A DNA stretch of 64,000 nt from Candidatus Pacearchaeota archaeon (GCA_023133415.1 JAGLWM010000001.1:13207-77206), one strand, 5' to 3'; shown: positions 26,507 through 35,871, counted from the first letter of the stretch. The notes: generated by a model from the letters alone, not told the origin. Numbers and translations are program-made.

Positions 26507-27421
26507 TTAGTTAGTGGGAATAAGTTGTTCAAGAAGAGCCATTCTTATATAGAGACCATTCTCGGCCTGGCGAAAGTAGGCAACTCGTGGATCGTTTTGT
26601 TCTTTATAGAGGGATATGTCAATTTCTTCGACGTGCGGCAGTGGATGCATTATTCTGGCATCTTTCGGAATTAACTCAAGATTTGTATCATTTATGATAA
26701 ATTTACCCTTGGCTTTTTCGTAATCTTTTGGACTGATTCTTTCTTTTTGGATTCGGGTCATGTATACTATGTCGATGGTTGGCAATATTTTTTCGAGGTT
26801 GTCTTCTTCGGTGAATTTTATATTGTGTCGCTCGAGATAATCTTTGATATTTTGATTTATCTTTAGATTTTCTGGGGATATAAATATGATTTGGACTCCC
26901 GAGAATTTTCCGAAAAGGTAGCATAAGGATTGAACTGTTCTGCCTGAGGTGAGGTCGCCGACCATTGCGATTTTTATGTTATCGAGCCTACCAATTTCTT
27001 TATGGATTGTATATACATCTAAGAGAGCTTGAGTTGGATGTTGACCTTTGCCGTCGCCGCCGTTTATAATTGGAACGTTACTTACTTGTGATGCTTTTTC
27101 CGCAGAGCCTTCTTCGTTGTGTCTCATGACGATAGCGTCGGAGTATGATGCAATAACTCTAATTGTATCTGCCAAAGATTCTCCTTTTGAAACGGATGAG
27201 AACTCTCTGGCATTTTCGGTACCCATAATTTGCCCGCCCATCTTTAACATTGCTGATTCAAAGCTTAGTCGTGTTCGTGTGCTCGGCTCATAAAATAAAG
27301 TTGTTAGAACTTTTCCTTTTAGTGAATCACTCGGAGATATTCGAAGTTCCTCGGCTCGTTTAAAAAGTTTGAATAAAAGTTCTTTAGTAAATTGCTGTGA
27401 TTCAATTAGGTGCTTTGCCAT
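26507..27421 (-). CDS. pyrB: Aspartate carbamoyltransferase catalytic subunit
   Basis: STRTRLSFE, HPTQALLD and HPLP motifs. 304 aa. Confidence 0.9.
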   Translation of the reverse strand: MAKHLIESQQFTKELLFKLFKRAEELRISPSDSLKGKVLTTLFYEPSTRTRLSFESAMLKMGGQIMGTENAREFSSVSKGESLADTIRVIASYSDAIVMRHNEEGSAEKASQVSNVPIINGGDGKGQHPTQALLDVYTIHKEIGRLDNIKIAMVGDLTSGRTVQSLCYLFGKFSGVQIIFISPENLKINQNIKDYLERHNIKFTEEDNLEKILPTIDIVYMTRIQKERISPKDYEKAKGKFIINDTNLELIPKDARIMHPLPHVEEIDISLYKEQNDPRVAYFRQAENGLYIRMALLEQLIPTN

Positions 27422-27687
27422 TTCGATATTGAATAATTTTGGGTTTATAAATAATATGGGAATTGTGAATAAGTGATGAAGAACGATGGATATAAAGGCT
27501 TGATTGCTTGTTAATTTGTGTTTTTCAGCTTGTCATAATTTCAATCTACTCGCACTTCACTCTCGCTCAAGATAGTTTTATATTTATTAGTCGCAAGAGC
27601 AAAGGTGCTCTATTCGTTCTGAGCAATTCGTTGGGGTATTTATTTGTCAAACAGCTCAAAGTTTTACTCGCACTTCCTCGATGGAAT

Positions 27688-28869
27688 TTAACTTGTCATT
27701 ATCTCTATTCCATTTCGGTGCTTCAGGGGATGGTTTTTGCCTACGGGCTGTTTTGTTCTAACATCAATTGCTTTTACGAATTTGTCTCCGATGTCTGTGT
27801 GAAGCGAGTAGGCAAAATCGAGTGCAGTTGAGCCTTCTGGGAGCAGAAAGCAATCTGGTAAAATGTTACCTTTGCTGTCTGATAATTTTGAACCTGCTGG
27901 AAAAACCGCGATATATTTTAAAACATCAAATACGGCTTTGTCAAGGATTTCTTGAACTCCCGTTGAACCGAATTCGTCGAAGACATTTTTTTTAATTAAA
28001 TTTAGTGCTGTTTTTTGTCTTTCATTTACTTTACCCTCGTTGATTGTAAAAGATGAGTTACCTTGGACGTATTCGATCATTCCTGCATTTGCGGCTTGTC
28101 GCAGTGATAGTTCGGCGTCGGCGGAACATGCAATTATTTGCATGTTTGGAAATTCTGATTTTAATTTTTTGAGATTTTCTTTTGCACCTGATTTATCGAT
28201 TTTGTTCGCGACGATTAACATTGGTTTCGTTGAGTGCCTTAGCGTTTCTGTAAAATTTGATAAATCCTGTTCAGACCATGACGTTGGATTCTCCGGATTT
28301 AATTTTAACTTTATCAGGACTGACCTTACGTTTTCTTCGGTAACTCGTAAGCCTGAAAATTGTTTTGCGACCGCGGCCGCGAAGTTTTGTTTTGTTGTTT
28401 GGATTGTTCTGGATAGTTTGTCCCAGACTTTTTCGAATATCGCCCGGTACCATTTGTTTAGTTCGTTCTCTAGCATCCGGACGTCGGCTAGTGGATCGCC
28501 TATGCCTTCTTTGCCTTCGGTGTCTGTCGTTCCGGATGCGTCGACAATTTGGATGAACATGTCCGCTTGTCTTAATGAATCTAAAAATTTGTTTCCTAAT
28601 CCTTTGCCTTCGGAAGCACCTTCCACTAGTCCCGCGACATCCATTAGCTCGACTGGGACAAATCGTGTTTCTCCTGTGCAGAATCCTGTTCGCGGGTTAC
28701 ATCTTACACCGAGTTCTTTGCAGAGTGCGTCGACTCGAACGTAACCGATTCCGTGGTTTGGCTCGATTGTTGCGAAGGGATAGGATGCGATAAGGACGTC
28801 TGATAGCGTGGCTGCCTTGAAGAATGTTGATTTTCCGCATGATGGTTTACCGACCAGTCCTAATAGCAT
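27688..28869 (-). CDS. ychF: YchF/Obg-like GTPase with a C-terminal TGS domain
   Basis: GLVGKPSCGKSTFF (P-loop), YPFATIEPNHG, DVAGLV, NKID and a TGS-like C-terminus. Confidence 0.8.
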   Translation of the reverse strand: MLLGLVGKPSCGKSTFFKAATLSDVLIASYPFATIEPNHGIGYVRVDALCKELGVRCNPRTGFCTGETRFVPVELMDVAGLVEGASEGKGLGNKFLDSLRQADMFIQIVDASGTTDTEGKEGIGDPLADVRMLENELNKWYRAIFEKVWDKLSRTIQTTKQNFAAAVAKQFSGLRVTEENVRSVLIKLKLNPENPTSWSEQDLSNFTETLRHSTKPMLIVANKIDKSGAKENLKKLKSEFPNMQIIACSADAELSLRQAANAGMIEYVQGNSSFTINEGKVNERQKTALNLIKKNVFDEFGSTGVQEILDKAVFDVLKYIAVFPAGSKLSDSKGNILPDCFLLPEGSTALDFAYSLHTDIGDKFVKAIDVRTKQPVGKNHPLKHRNGIEIMTS

Positions 28870-28921
28870 GAAGTTAAAGTGATAAGAAGGTTTTTATATC
28901 TTTTTTTGTGACTAGTTTTGT

Positions 28922-29038
28922 GAGCCTGTAGCTCAGCCTGGTCAGAGCGCTAGTCTTATAAGTCTGCAGTCCTTCGGGGTTGTAATTGCTTTCGTCTAAG
29001 AAAGCTAGAGGTCCGGGGTTCAAATCCCCGCAGGCTCA
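28922..29038 (+). tRNA. tRNA-Ile(UAU) with a 42-nt intron after position 37
   Basis: Acceptor GAGCCTG/CAGGCTC. D arm GCTC-AGCCTGGTCA-GAGC. Anticodon stem CTAGT/GCTAG with loop CTTATAA (TAT at 28957-28959). Intron 28961-29002. T arm CGGGG-TTCAAAT-CCCCG. Discriminator A. Confidence 0.75.
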
Positions 29039-29225
29039 TGATTGCTGGGATTGAACCCTCGGGGTTTACTATAAGTATGACTCTATCTTGTGAGCCTCAA
29101 ATCCCCGCAGGCTCATATTTGCTGGGATTGAACCCTCGGGGTTTACTATAAGTATGACTCTATCTTGTGAGCCTCAAATCCCCGCAGGCTCATATTTGCT
29201 GGGATTGAATCCTCGGGGTTTAATA
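29039..29225 (+). repeat. 2.4 tandem 76-77-bp repeats, each ending with a copy of the tRNA-Ile 3' end
   Basis: CAAATCCCCGCAGGCTCAT occurs at 29021-29039 (in the tRNA), 29098-29116 and 29174-29192. Each extra copy is preceded by TTGTGAGCCT, which equals the tRNA 5' leader plus acceptor strand. Confidence 0.9.
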
Positions 29226-29299
29226 ATTTCATATGATTAATTTGTAGATATGCGTTCAAAAAAATAAAAATTTATTCTAACATGCAAGAAAATTTAGGA

Positions 29300-30256
29300 T
29301 TATTTTTTACAAATAACTAGGGTATAAGATCCGTCTTCAGATATCTTCATATCTACTTCATTAAAATACATATTTAAAATTTCAACAAGATCTTTCTTTT
29401 TATACTTGTATGATAATAATACTAAAAACTTATCTCCTGTTTTGAATTCTATTTTTTTCCCATATAATTCGATGGTTTTATCGATTTTGAGATTGTAATA
29501 AATCTCGATTCTGGATTCTTTTAGTTTAATATCCATCTCGAGTTCTTCTTCTTTGAAACCGAGACCTTTGGGGATGTTTATTAGTAATTGTTCTAATGTT
29601 GCTGATTTTTTGTATAGTTCGAGTATTTTCTGTGGCTTTTTGGTCAAAATGTTATTTCCCAAAATCAATAAATCTCCTTCTTTCATGGATCTTCGAATAT
29701 TATATAAAATTTCATGGATTTCTAAATTTTCTATTGTGCTTCCGAGAAGTAAGAATATATTTTTTTGATATTCTTTGTAGCGGACAGATTTTGAAATATT
29801 TTCAATGTTATCAAAATCGGAGATAATCCACTGCATTTTAATAACTTCTTTTGGGTTTTCTTTTCTAACTGTGTCTATGGCCGCTTCTATTAGATTACTG
29901 TTAATATCGACGGGACAGTATCTAATATTAAAATTTTTTAATTTTTGGATGATTTTTGCAGCTTTTTTTCCACTGCCGCATCCAAGATCGACAATATTTA
30001 TGGACTTGTCTTTAATTTTATTTTTGATGTTCTTGATATTGTTATTGATAATATTCATTTCCTGAGAATCTATTTCTTTTTGATATTTGGACTTTCCTTC
30101 AAAATCAAAAAATGCTTGTGGCTGTTCTTCTGAACAAAAAAGAAGTTTGGAATCCGCAAGATTCCATATTTTAGAACCCTTTTTTTCGGAGTGTCCTTTC
30201 CTGATTAGTTCTTTAAAAATTAGATCATTGATTTTCTGGCTTTCGTTCTTTACCAT
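29300..30256 (-). CDS. SAM-dependent methyltransferase, EgtD-like (Methyltransf_33-like) architecture
   Basis: IVDLGCGSGKKAAKI, YCPVDIN, ISDFDN and FLLLGSTIENL follow the order of motifs remembered for histidine-specific MTase-like proteins. Confidence 0.5.
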   Translation of the reverse strand: MVKNESQKINDLIFKELIRKGHSEKKGSKIWNLADSKLLFCSEEQPQAFFDFEGKSKYQKEIDSQEMNIINNNIKNIKNKIKDKSINIVDLGCGSGKKAAKIIQKLKNFNIRYCPVDINSNLIEAAIDTVRKENPKEVIKMQWIISDFDNIENISKSVRYKEYQKNIFLLLGSTIENLEIHEILYNIRRSMKEGDLLILGNNILTKKPQKILELYKKSATLEQLLINIPKGLGFKEEELEMDIKLKESRIEIYYNLKIDKTIELYGKKIEFKTGDKFLVLLSYKYKKKDLVEILNMYFNEVDMKISEDGSYTLVICKK

Positions 30257-30440
30257 AATATTTATGGTTATTTTTGGTTTTTATGTGTTTGTATTTATTG
30301 TCGGGAGGTAACAGGGGTAAATAGAGGATGGGATAACTATTTAAGTAAACGGGGATTTTTAGTGAGAATATCAAGGGGCTTATTTTGACGAATATTGTCT
30401 TTCTCTGATATTGATATTAGATGAAAGGAGTAATAATAAG

Positions 30441-30632
30441 ATGAACGAAAGAAGATTTGACAATAGAGGAAGCAATTTCAGTAGAGGAAGCAAATTTGAT
30501 AGGGGGCCTATGAAAATGCACAAGGCAATATGTTCTAAGTGCGGGAAGGAATGTGAAGTGCCGTTTAAGCCTACTGAAGGGAGAGATGTTTTTTGTAAAG
30601 AATGTTTTGCCAGCAATAGACCTAGAAGATAG
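30441..30632 (+). CDS. Small CxxC-x17-CxxC zinc-ribbon protein with an RG-rich N-terminus
   Basis: CSKCGKECEVPFKPTEGRDVFCKECF. AAGGAG lies 11 nt upstream of ATG 30441. The tracked ORF starts earlier, at a TTG. Confidence 0.6.
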   Translation: MNERRFDNRGSNFSRGSKFDRGPMKMHKAICSKCGKECEVPFKPTEGRDVFCKECFASNRPRR

Positions 30633-30878
30633 TTTTTAGGTTGTTGGTGGGGTTTTTGTTTTTTATTTTTTATTTTTTTATTTATTTCCTTTGGGATATT
30701 CTTTAAGTATTAATATTCCATGTTTTCCATCAAATGTTGCTATTTGGTATTATTTATAAAACTTTTATCTATTTTTAATACTGAATAGCATAATTTAGTC
30801 AAGTTTTGTCTAGATAGATTTTGGTCTTATTAAAAATAGGTTGCGAAAACTTAATAACTTGATTGTGGATTTTATTAG

Positions 30879-31490
30879 ATGATGATATATGAAACGGTGG
30901 TTTCTTTTTTGGTGGATTCGATTGGGGCGCTTGGATATGTGGGGATTTTTGTTCTTATGTTTCTTGAGAGTTCGTTTTTTCCGTTTCCTAGTGAGATTAT
31001 TATGATTCCTGCGGGTTATCTTGCGTATCAGGGGAAAATGAATTTAGTGTTGATAATTGGGATTGGGATTTTGGGTTCCGTCGCTGGGGCGTGGTTGAAT
31101 TATTTTTTGGCGGATAGATTTGGAAGGAAGTTGCTTTTGAAATTTTTGAAGGAGCATCATCTGAAAATGGTTGAGGATTTTTTTGAAAAGCATGGTCATA
31201 TTTCTACTTTTAATGGTAGGCTTATTCCTGTTATAAGGCAGTATATTTCTTTTCCTGCGGGTCTTGCTAAGATGAATCCTTTGAAATTTACATTGTATAC
31301 TGGACTTGGCGCGGGTATATGGATAACGATACTTGCATTTTTGGGTTATTTTCTTGGACAGAATGAGGCGTTGATTTATGAATATTTGAAAGAGGTAACT
31401 ATTTTTGTTTTAGTTTTTGTGTTGATTTTGACTATTGGTTATATTTATTTTAAAAAATATCTTTGTGGAAGTAGGGTTGGGAAAAATTGA
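30879..31490 (+). CDS. dedA: DedA family membrane protein
   Basis: [20 protein letters not shown] and [16 protein letters not shown] motifs. Confidence 0.8.
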   Translation: MMIYETVVSFLVDSIGALGYVGIFVLMFLESSFFPFPSEIIMIPAGYLAYQGKMNLVLIIGIGILGSVAGAWLNYFLADRFGRKLLLKFLKEHHLKMVEDFFEKHGHISTFNGRLIPVIRQYISFPAGLAKMNPLKFTLYTGLGAGIWITILAFLGYFLGQNEALIYEYLKEVTIFVLVFVLILTIGYIYFKKYLCGSRVGKN

Positions 31491-31552
31491 GGTAGGATTA
31501 ATTATATAAGCTTCTGTTTCTAGTTATTTTAGAGGTGATTAAATATTATAAA

Positions 31553-32671
31553 ATGAAATATCCAACATTAAAACGAACCGTTCAAAGCATTCTTGATGGG
31601 GCGGAAATAAATATTAATGGGGATAAACCTCAGGATATTAGGGTTTATGACGATATATTTTATCAGAGAGTTTTAGCGGAGGGTTCATTAGGACTTGGAG
31701 AATCTTATATGGATGGGTGGTGGGATTGTGAAAGGCTTGATGATTTTTTTTGTGAAGTTTTAAGAGAAGATTTGGGGAAGAAGGTTAAGGGGAGAGGAAT
31801 CATTTGGGATGTTTTGAAGGCTAAAATAATTAATAGGCAAAGTAAGTTGAGGGCTTTTGAAATAGGCGAGAGGCATTATGATATCGGGAATGAACTTTTT
31901 CAGGGTATGCTGGATAAACGAATGGTTTATACTTGTGGATATTGGAAAGATGCAAAAAATTTAGACGAGGCACAAGAGTCAAAGTTGGAGTTGGTTTGCA
32001 AGAAAATGGGATTAAAATCGGGTATGAAAATTTTAGATATTGGCTGTGGTTGGGGAAGTTTCACAAAATATGCTGCAGAAAAATATGATGTTGAAGCTGT
32101 CGGAATTACAATCTCGAAAGAGCAGGCGGATCTTGGAACAGAATTATGCAAGGGGCTTCCTGTTGAGATAAGACTTAAGGATTATAGAGATGTGGATGAG
32201 AAATTTGATGCGGTTGTTTCGCTTGGAATGTTTGAGCATGTAGGTCCGAAAAATTATAAGACCTATATAAAAAAAGTTTCTGATTGTTTAAAAGATAATG
32301 GACTATTTTTGTTGCATACTATAGGTGCGAATAATTCAAAAAAGATTAATGATAAATGGATTGATAAATATATTTTCCCGGGATCGGTTTTGCCTTCTGC
32401 GAGTCAGATAGCGGATGCAAGCGAAGGATTGTTTGTTCTTGAGGATTGGCACAGTTTTGGAGTGGATTATGATAGGACGCTGATGGCATGGCATAATAAT
32501 TTTGATAAGAATTGGGATAGTTTGAAAGGGAATTATGATGAAAGGTTCAAGAGGATGTGGGATTATTATCTTTTGAGTTGTGCCGGAAGTTTTCGAGCTA
32601 GAAAAAATCAGTTGTGGCAGATTGTTTTTTCTAAGAATGGTGTTGAGGGTGGATATGAGCCGGTGAGGTGA
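31553..32671 (+). CDS. cfa: Cyclopropane-fatty-acyl-phospholipid synthase, bacterial type
   Basis: Long stretches match remembered E. coli Cfa: EGSLGLGESYMDGWW, ILDIGCGWG, VSLGMFEHVGPKNY, FLLHTIG, KYIFPGS.LPS and FRAR..QLWQ.VFS. ATG 31553 is preceded by AGAGGTGA. Confidence 0.9.
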   Translation: MKYPTLKRTVQSILDGAEININGDKPQDIRVYDDIFYQRVLAEGSLGLGESYMDGWWDCERLDDFFCEVLREDLGKKVKGRGIIWDVLKAKIINRQSKLRAFEIGERHYDIGNELFQGMLDKRMVYTCGYWKDAKNLDEAQESKLELVCKKMGLKSGMKILDIGCGWGSFTKYAAEKYDVEAVGITISKEQADLGTELCKGLPVEIRLKDYRDVDEKFDAVVSLGMFEHVGPKNYKTYIKKVSDCLKDNGLFLLHTIGANNSKKINDKWIDKYIFPGSVLPSASQIADASEGLFVLEDWHSFGVDYDRTLMAWHNNFDKNWDSLKGNYDERFKRMWDYYLLSCAGSFRARKNQLWQIVFSKNGVEGGYEPVR

Positions 32672-32702
32672 GGGGGTGTTGGACAGCCAAAACAATTAAT
32701 TT

Positions 32703-32714
32703 ACGCTCCCACCG
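32703..32714. repeat. attL-like 12-mer ACGCTCCCACCG
   Basis: Identical to 40915-40926, the 3' end of tRNA-Glu. Confidence 0.7.
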
Positions 32715-32759
32715 ACAGAGTTTACAAAATGGTATAATCGGTGTATGTTGTTTGGTTCT

Positions 32760-33554
32760 TTAGTTAATAGCGAATACGATAATAAGAATAAGAATGGCAA
32801 CAATTACAGCAATGGTACTTACGAATAAGACTTTAAGAAAATTTTTAACTGTATGCTTGTCCCATAATGCGACTGCAAGAGTAATAATAGCTACAATAAA
32901 CATTAGCCATGAAGCCCACATCATACTTTTAGTTGCTTTATCTAAATCAATATTTAGCTCGAGTAGTTTTTCGTTTGCTTCTAGTGATTTTTTACTTGCT
33001 TTTAAGGACTCTTCTGCAGAATTAAATTCTTTTTCAAATAAGTCGTATTGCCATTTTGGCATACAATCAAAATATTTTTCATATACTAAGGGATATTGAT
33101 TAAACAAATTTTGAACCGAATAGCCTTTATTTAAAGTATAATTTTTAATAAAAATAATATCATTCGAGGTTATATTTATTTTATAATCTCCTACAGAATC
33201 GAACTTTATTATTTCTATCAATCCGTTGGTCTGATTTGGTATTAATTCTATGCTTTTGTTTACAAGAAGCTCTATTTGAGTATAATTTCTACAGCGTAAT
33301 TCAATTGGGGTATTAATACAAACATTAAAATCTTTAATTAATTTTTTTTCTCCAAGATTCGTTAAGTTTATTTTGTATGTAAAAGCGTCTCCTACAACAT
33401 TATAATCTAATGAGCTTGGTCCTCGTGGTTCTATCTGAATTTCAATATTTATATTGTCATAGGCTGAGACAATTGACACAGAAGGCAATAGTAAAAATAT
33501 TGCGACTACTATGTATATAATGTTTTTATCCATGGAAAATAAAAAACCTTCCAA
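32760..33554 (-). CDS. Element ORF: secreted protein with a C-terminal double TM anchor
   Basis: Signal-like N-terminus (IIYIVVAIFLLLPSVSIVSA), a beta-rich middle and two C-terminal TM helices. Confidence 0.45.
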   Translation of the reverse strand: MEGFLFSMDKNIIYIVVAIFLLLPSVSIVSAYDNINIEIQIEPRGPSSLDYNVVGDAFTYKINLTNLGEKKLIKDFNVCINTPIELRCRNYTQIELLVNKSIELIPNQTNGLIEIIKFDSVGDYKINITSNDIIFIKNYTLNKGYSVQNLFNQYPLVYEKYFDCMPKWQYDLFEKEFNSAEESLKASKKSLEANEKLLELNIDLDKATKSMMWASWLMFIVAIITLAVALWDKHTVKNFLKVLFVSTIAVIVAILILIIVFAIN

Positions 33555-33570
33555 TTTTTAGATTTAACTA

Positions 33571-34188
33571 TTAAACGCTTTCAAAAAACTTAACAGCAAA
33601 ATTACAAAAATCTATAATAGTTTCTTTATCCAAATCAAATTCTTTTCTTTTCCCTAAGTAGTTTTGAGTTTTTGGAGTCACTTCTTTCCCGTCCATTAAT
33701 TCCTGATATGTTATACATTTAATGTGCTTTTTCGAGACGACAATAAAATAAGCATTTTCAAAAGGATAGGTCTTTGGCAAGTCTTTTTTAGAGAATGTTT
33801 CGTTTGCCCTAAATTTTACTTCTACAAAATAAACATCTTTTCTTTCTGGATGTTGAACCACAAAATCTGGCATCCTTCTTATATTGTCTGCCACGTCACT
33901 GCGGACACCCTTTAGTAAATTCATTATGCCTGGGACTGTATTCTCCATTCCATATCTAAAAACATTATATCCTAAAGATAAAAATAATTCTTCGATTAAA
34001 GTTTCTGCGATTCTTCCCTTAATCATCCCTTCTCTGTATCTGCTTTCTTTATTGTTTAAACCTTTTTTCTCTTGAGGTTCGGAATTTTGTTGACAATCTC
34101 TACACAAAATCTTTCCAAATTCCTTTTTAGAATAATCATAGACCTTCTTTTCTATGTCTTTGTCACATTTTGAACAGTAGTAATCCAT
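33571..34188 (-). CDS. Element ORF: zinc-ribbon plus PD-(D/E)XK-like nuclease
   Basis: CSKCDK...CRDCQ at the N-terminus. E(IEELF)...MPDFVVQ...VYFVEVKF gives an E / PD / E-x-K arrangement. Confidence 0.5.
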   Translation of the reverse strand: MDYYCSKCDKDIEKKVYDYSKKEFGKILCRDCQQNSEPQEKKGLNNKESRYREGMIKGRIAETLIEELFLSLGYNVFRYGMENTVPGIMNLLKGVRSDVADNIRRMPDFVVQHPERKDVYFVEVKFRANETFSKKDLPKTYPFENAYFIVVSKKHIKCITYQELMDGKEVTPKTQNYLGKRKEFDLDKETIIDFCNFAVKFFESV

Positions 34189-34237
34189 GATTAATAGGTG
34201 ACTATATCATACTTAAATACTTCTGTCACAATCATAC

Positions 34238-34507
34238 TCAATCCAACTTTTTACTTTTATAAGAGTCTATTGCTTCTTGAGAAGATTTGAATGTTTTGGT
34301 GTTATCTAAATGCTTATTTTGCTCTATATGCATTTTCTCTCTTATTTCTAATTCGTTATTTTTAGACTTATCACTACTGTCTCTAATATAGCTATTTTTT
34401 TCTATGGTATCTTGGAGTTCCTCTAATTCATCATAAGGAATGTACCTTCTAGATGCCGGTTTAATAATTTTATCTGTTTCTCTGTGTCTTGTTTCAATAG
34501 TTACCAT
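34238..34507 (-). CDS. Element ORF: hypothetical acidic protein
   Basis: 89-aa ORF abutting the upstream ORF. Confidence 0.35.
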   Translation of the reverse strand: MVTIETRHRETDKIIKPASRRYIPYDELEELQDTIEKNSYIRDSSDKSKNNELEIREKMHIEQNKHLDNTKTFKSSQEAIDSYKSKKLD

Positions 34508-34768
34508 TTATTTATCATCTAGAAAGTCAGAATCGAGGTTCTTTTTCCATGCCAAAAATAATTCATTTTTGAATTTTACTATACGCCCCATGGCTTCATT
34601 TAACCTTTTCTCATTAGCTTCATTTTTATCATATTTTGCTAACTTTTGGATTGCCTTCATTTCTGTATCGCATTTATTCGAGAGTCTTTTTTTGAATGGC
34701 TCTAATCTATATCTAGATTGTTGATATTTTGAAAGAATCTCCTTATTCCCAATCTCCTTATTTGTCAT
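34508..34768 (-). CDS. Element ORF: hypothetical basic helical protein
   Basis: 86-aa ORF. Its stop is adjacent to the next start. Confidence 0.35.
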   Translation of the reverse strand: MTNKEIGNKEILSKYQQSRYRLEPFKKRLSNKCDTEMKAIQKLAKYDKNEANEKRLNEAMGRIVKFKNELFLAWKKNLDSDFLDDK

Positions 34769-34799
34769 GATTTAAAGACTCCTTAGAACTATAAAAATA

Positions 34800-35054
34800 T
34801 TATTGTGCTATTGTTTTCACTAGCCCCTCACCCTTCTTAGTTCTCCGATAAAGCCTATGTCTCTTCTCCTCTGGGTTTAAACATTCAATCAACTTCCTTT
34901 CCATTAAGGAGATAAGAATATTGCTGATATATCCTAAATTAAGCTCCACTTCTTTAGATATCTCCGTAGGCGTTTTAGGTTTTGATAACGCTAAAAATAC
35001 CTTTTTCCTATTTTCACTTCTTATAACAAAACTATAGTCGCCCCAGTTTTTCAT
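34800..35054 (-). CDS. Element ORF: winged-helix transcriptional regulator
   Basis: RKKVFLALSKPKTPTEISKEVELNLGYISNILISLMERKLIECL...RLYRRTKKG is a typical wHTH. A 7-bp inverted repeat AAGTATT-T-AATACTT lies in its upstream region (~35078-35092). Confidence 0.6.
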   Translation of the reverse strand: MKNWGDYSFVIRSENRKKVFLALSKPKTPTEISKEVELNLGYISNILISLMERKLIECLNPEEKRHRLYRRTKKGEGLVKTIAQ

Positions 35055-35113
35055 AAATAGAAGTGCTTATAAAGTATTTAATACTTAAACGAGTGATACA
35101 CGAGTAATCTAAA

Positions 35114-35530
35114 ATGGCTAAAGAAAAAGATAACAGTTGGATAAAATGGTTAATTGTAGCGGTGTTTCTTTTTGCTGTAATTATTGTTAGTTTAAATTTC
35201 GGAGATAATGAAAACGAATATATTTCCCATACTTCTAGAGAGGTTTATACTTATTCTGGGAATGTGACTAATGTAGCTAATACTAATGAAGAAACTTTAG
35301 AAAGAATAGTTTTTTCTGGCATGAATCAAAATTCAGAAGTTAGTAGTGCTAATCCTAGTTTAGTTGTGGTATCTGGGATGGACAATAATATTAAATTTAT
35401 AAAAAACTCTAATCCTAAAGAAATTACACTAGGTGGAATGAGAAATAAGATTATTCTTTGTAGAGATATTCATAGTCCTAAAATAGATAATTCTGGATTA
35501 AATAATGAAGTGGATTATGTTAATTGCTAA
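35114..35530 (+). CDS. Element ORF: membrane-anchored protein with SGM.N repeats
   Basis: N-terminal TM helix (WLIVAVFLFAVIIVSL). Repeated FSGMNQN / VSGMDNN / LGGMRNK / NSGLNNE motifs. Confidence 0.4.
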   Translation: MAKEKDNSWIKWLIVAVFLFAVIIVSLNFGDNENEYISHTSREVYTYSGNVTNVANTNEETLERIVFSGMNQNSEVSSANPSLVVVSGMDNNIKFIKNSNPKEITLGGMRNKIILCRDIHSPKIDNSGLNNEVDYVNC

Positions 35531-35871
35531 TCTGACTTTAGCCTAACTCCACATTTCTTATTGGGACAACATCCGTCTTCAAACTCATCAAACCAAGCCC
35601 CACACTTCTCACACTTCCACTTATACGACGCATCTGCCTCTTCTTCCGTTATTGTCGTTTTTCTCGCTTTTTCTACGGGATATACGACTTTTAGTGCTCT
35701 TAGTTCTTTTAGCTCTGCTTTTTCTTCTACTTTCTCTTTCCCATATTGTTTTCTTATAACATCGTGCTCCAAAATTGGAAACTTCTTATAGCAACAAGTA
35801 AAATTAACATAGTGATTATGTTTGATTTTCTTGACTTTCTCACATATAGGACACTTTACTACCCTTGCCAT
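35527..35871 (-). CDS. Element ORF: double zinc-ribbon protein
   Basis: CPICEK...CC at the N-terminus and CEKCGAWF...CCPNKKCG at the C-terminus. Confidence 0.45.
   Translation of the reverse strand: MARVVKCPICEKVKKIKHNHYVNFTCCYKKFPILEHDVIRKQYGKEKVEEKAELKELRALKVVYPVEKARKTTITEEEADASYKWKCEKCGAWFDEFEDGCCPNKKCGVRLKSD

Noticed and set aside
27473-27622. Possible C/D-box sRNA in the pyrB-ychF spacer. GTGATGA lies at 27473-27479 and CTGA at 27619-27622, and a 12-bp direct repeat TACTCGCACTTC occurs nearby.
   Set aside because: The boxes are ~145 nt apart, far longer than archaeal C/D sRNAs. There are no C'/D' boxes and no terminal stem.
29021-29225. CRISPR-like array.
   Set aside because: The units are contiguous tandem repeats of 76-77 bp with no unique spacers. 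No cas genes are present, and the repeated core is the tRNA 3' end.
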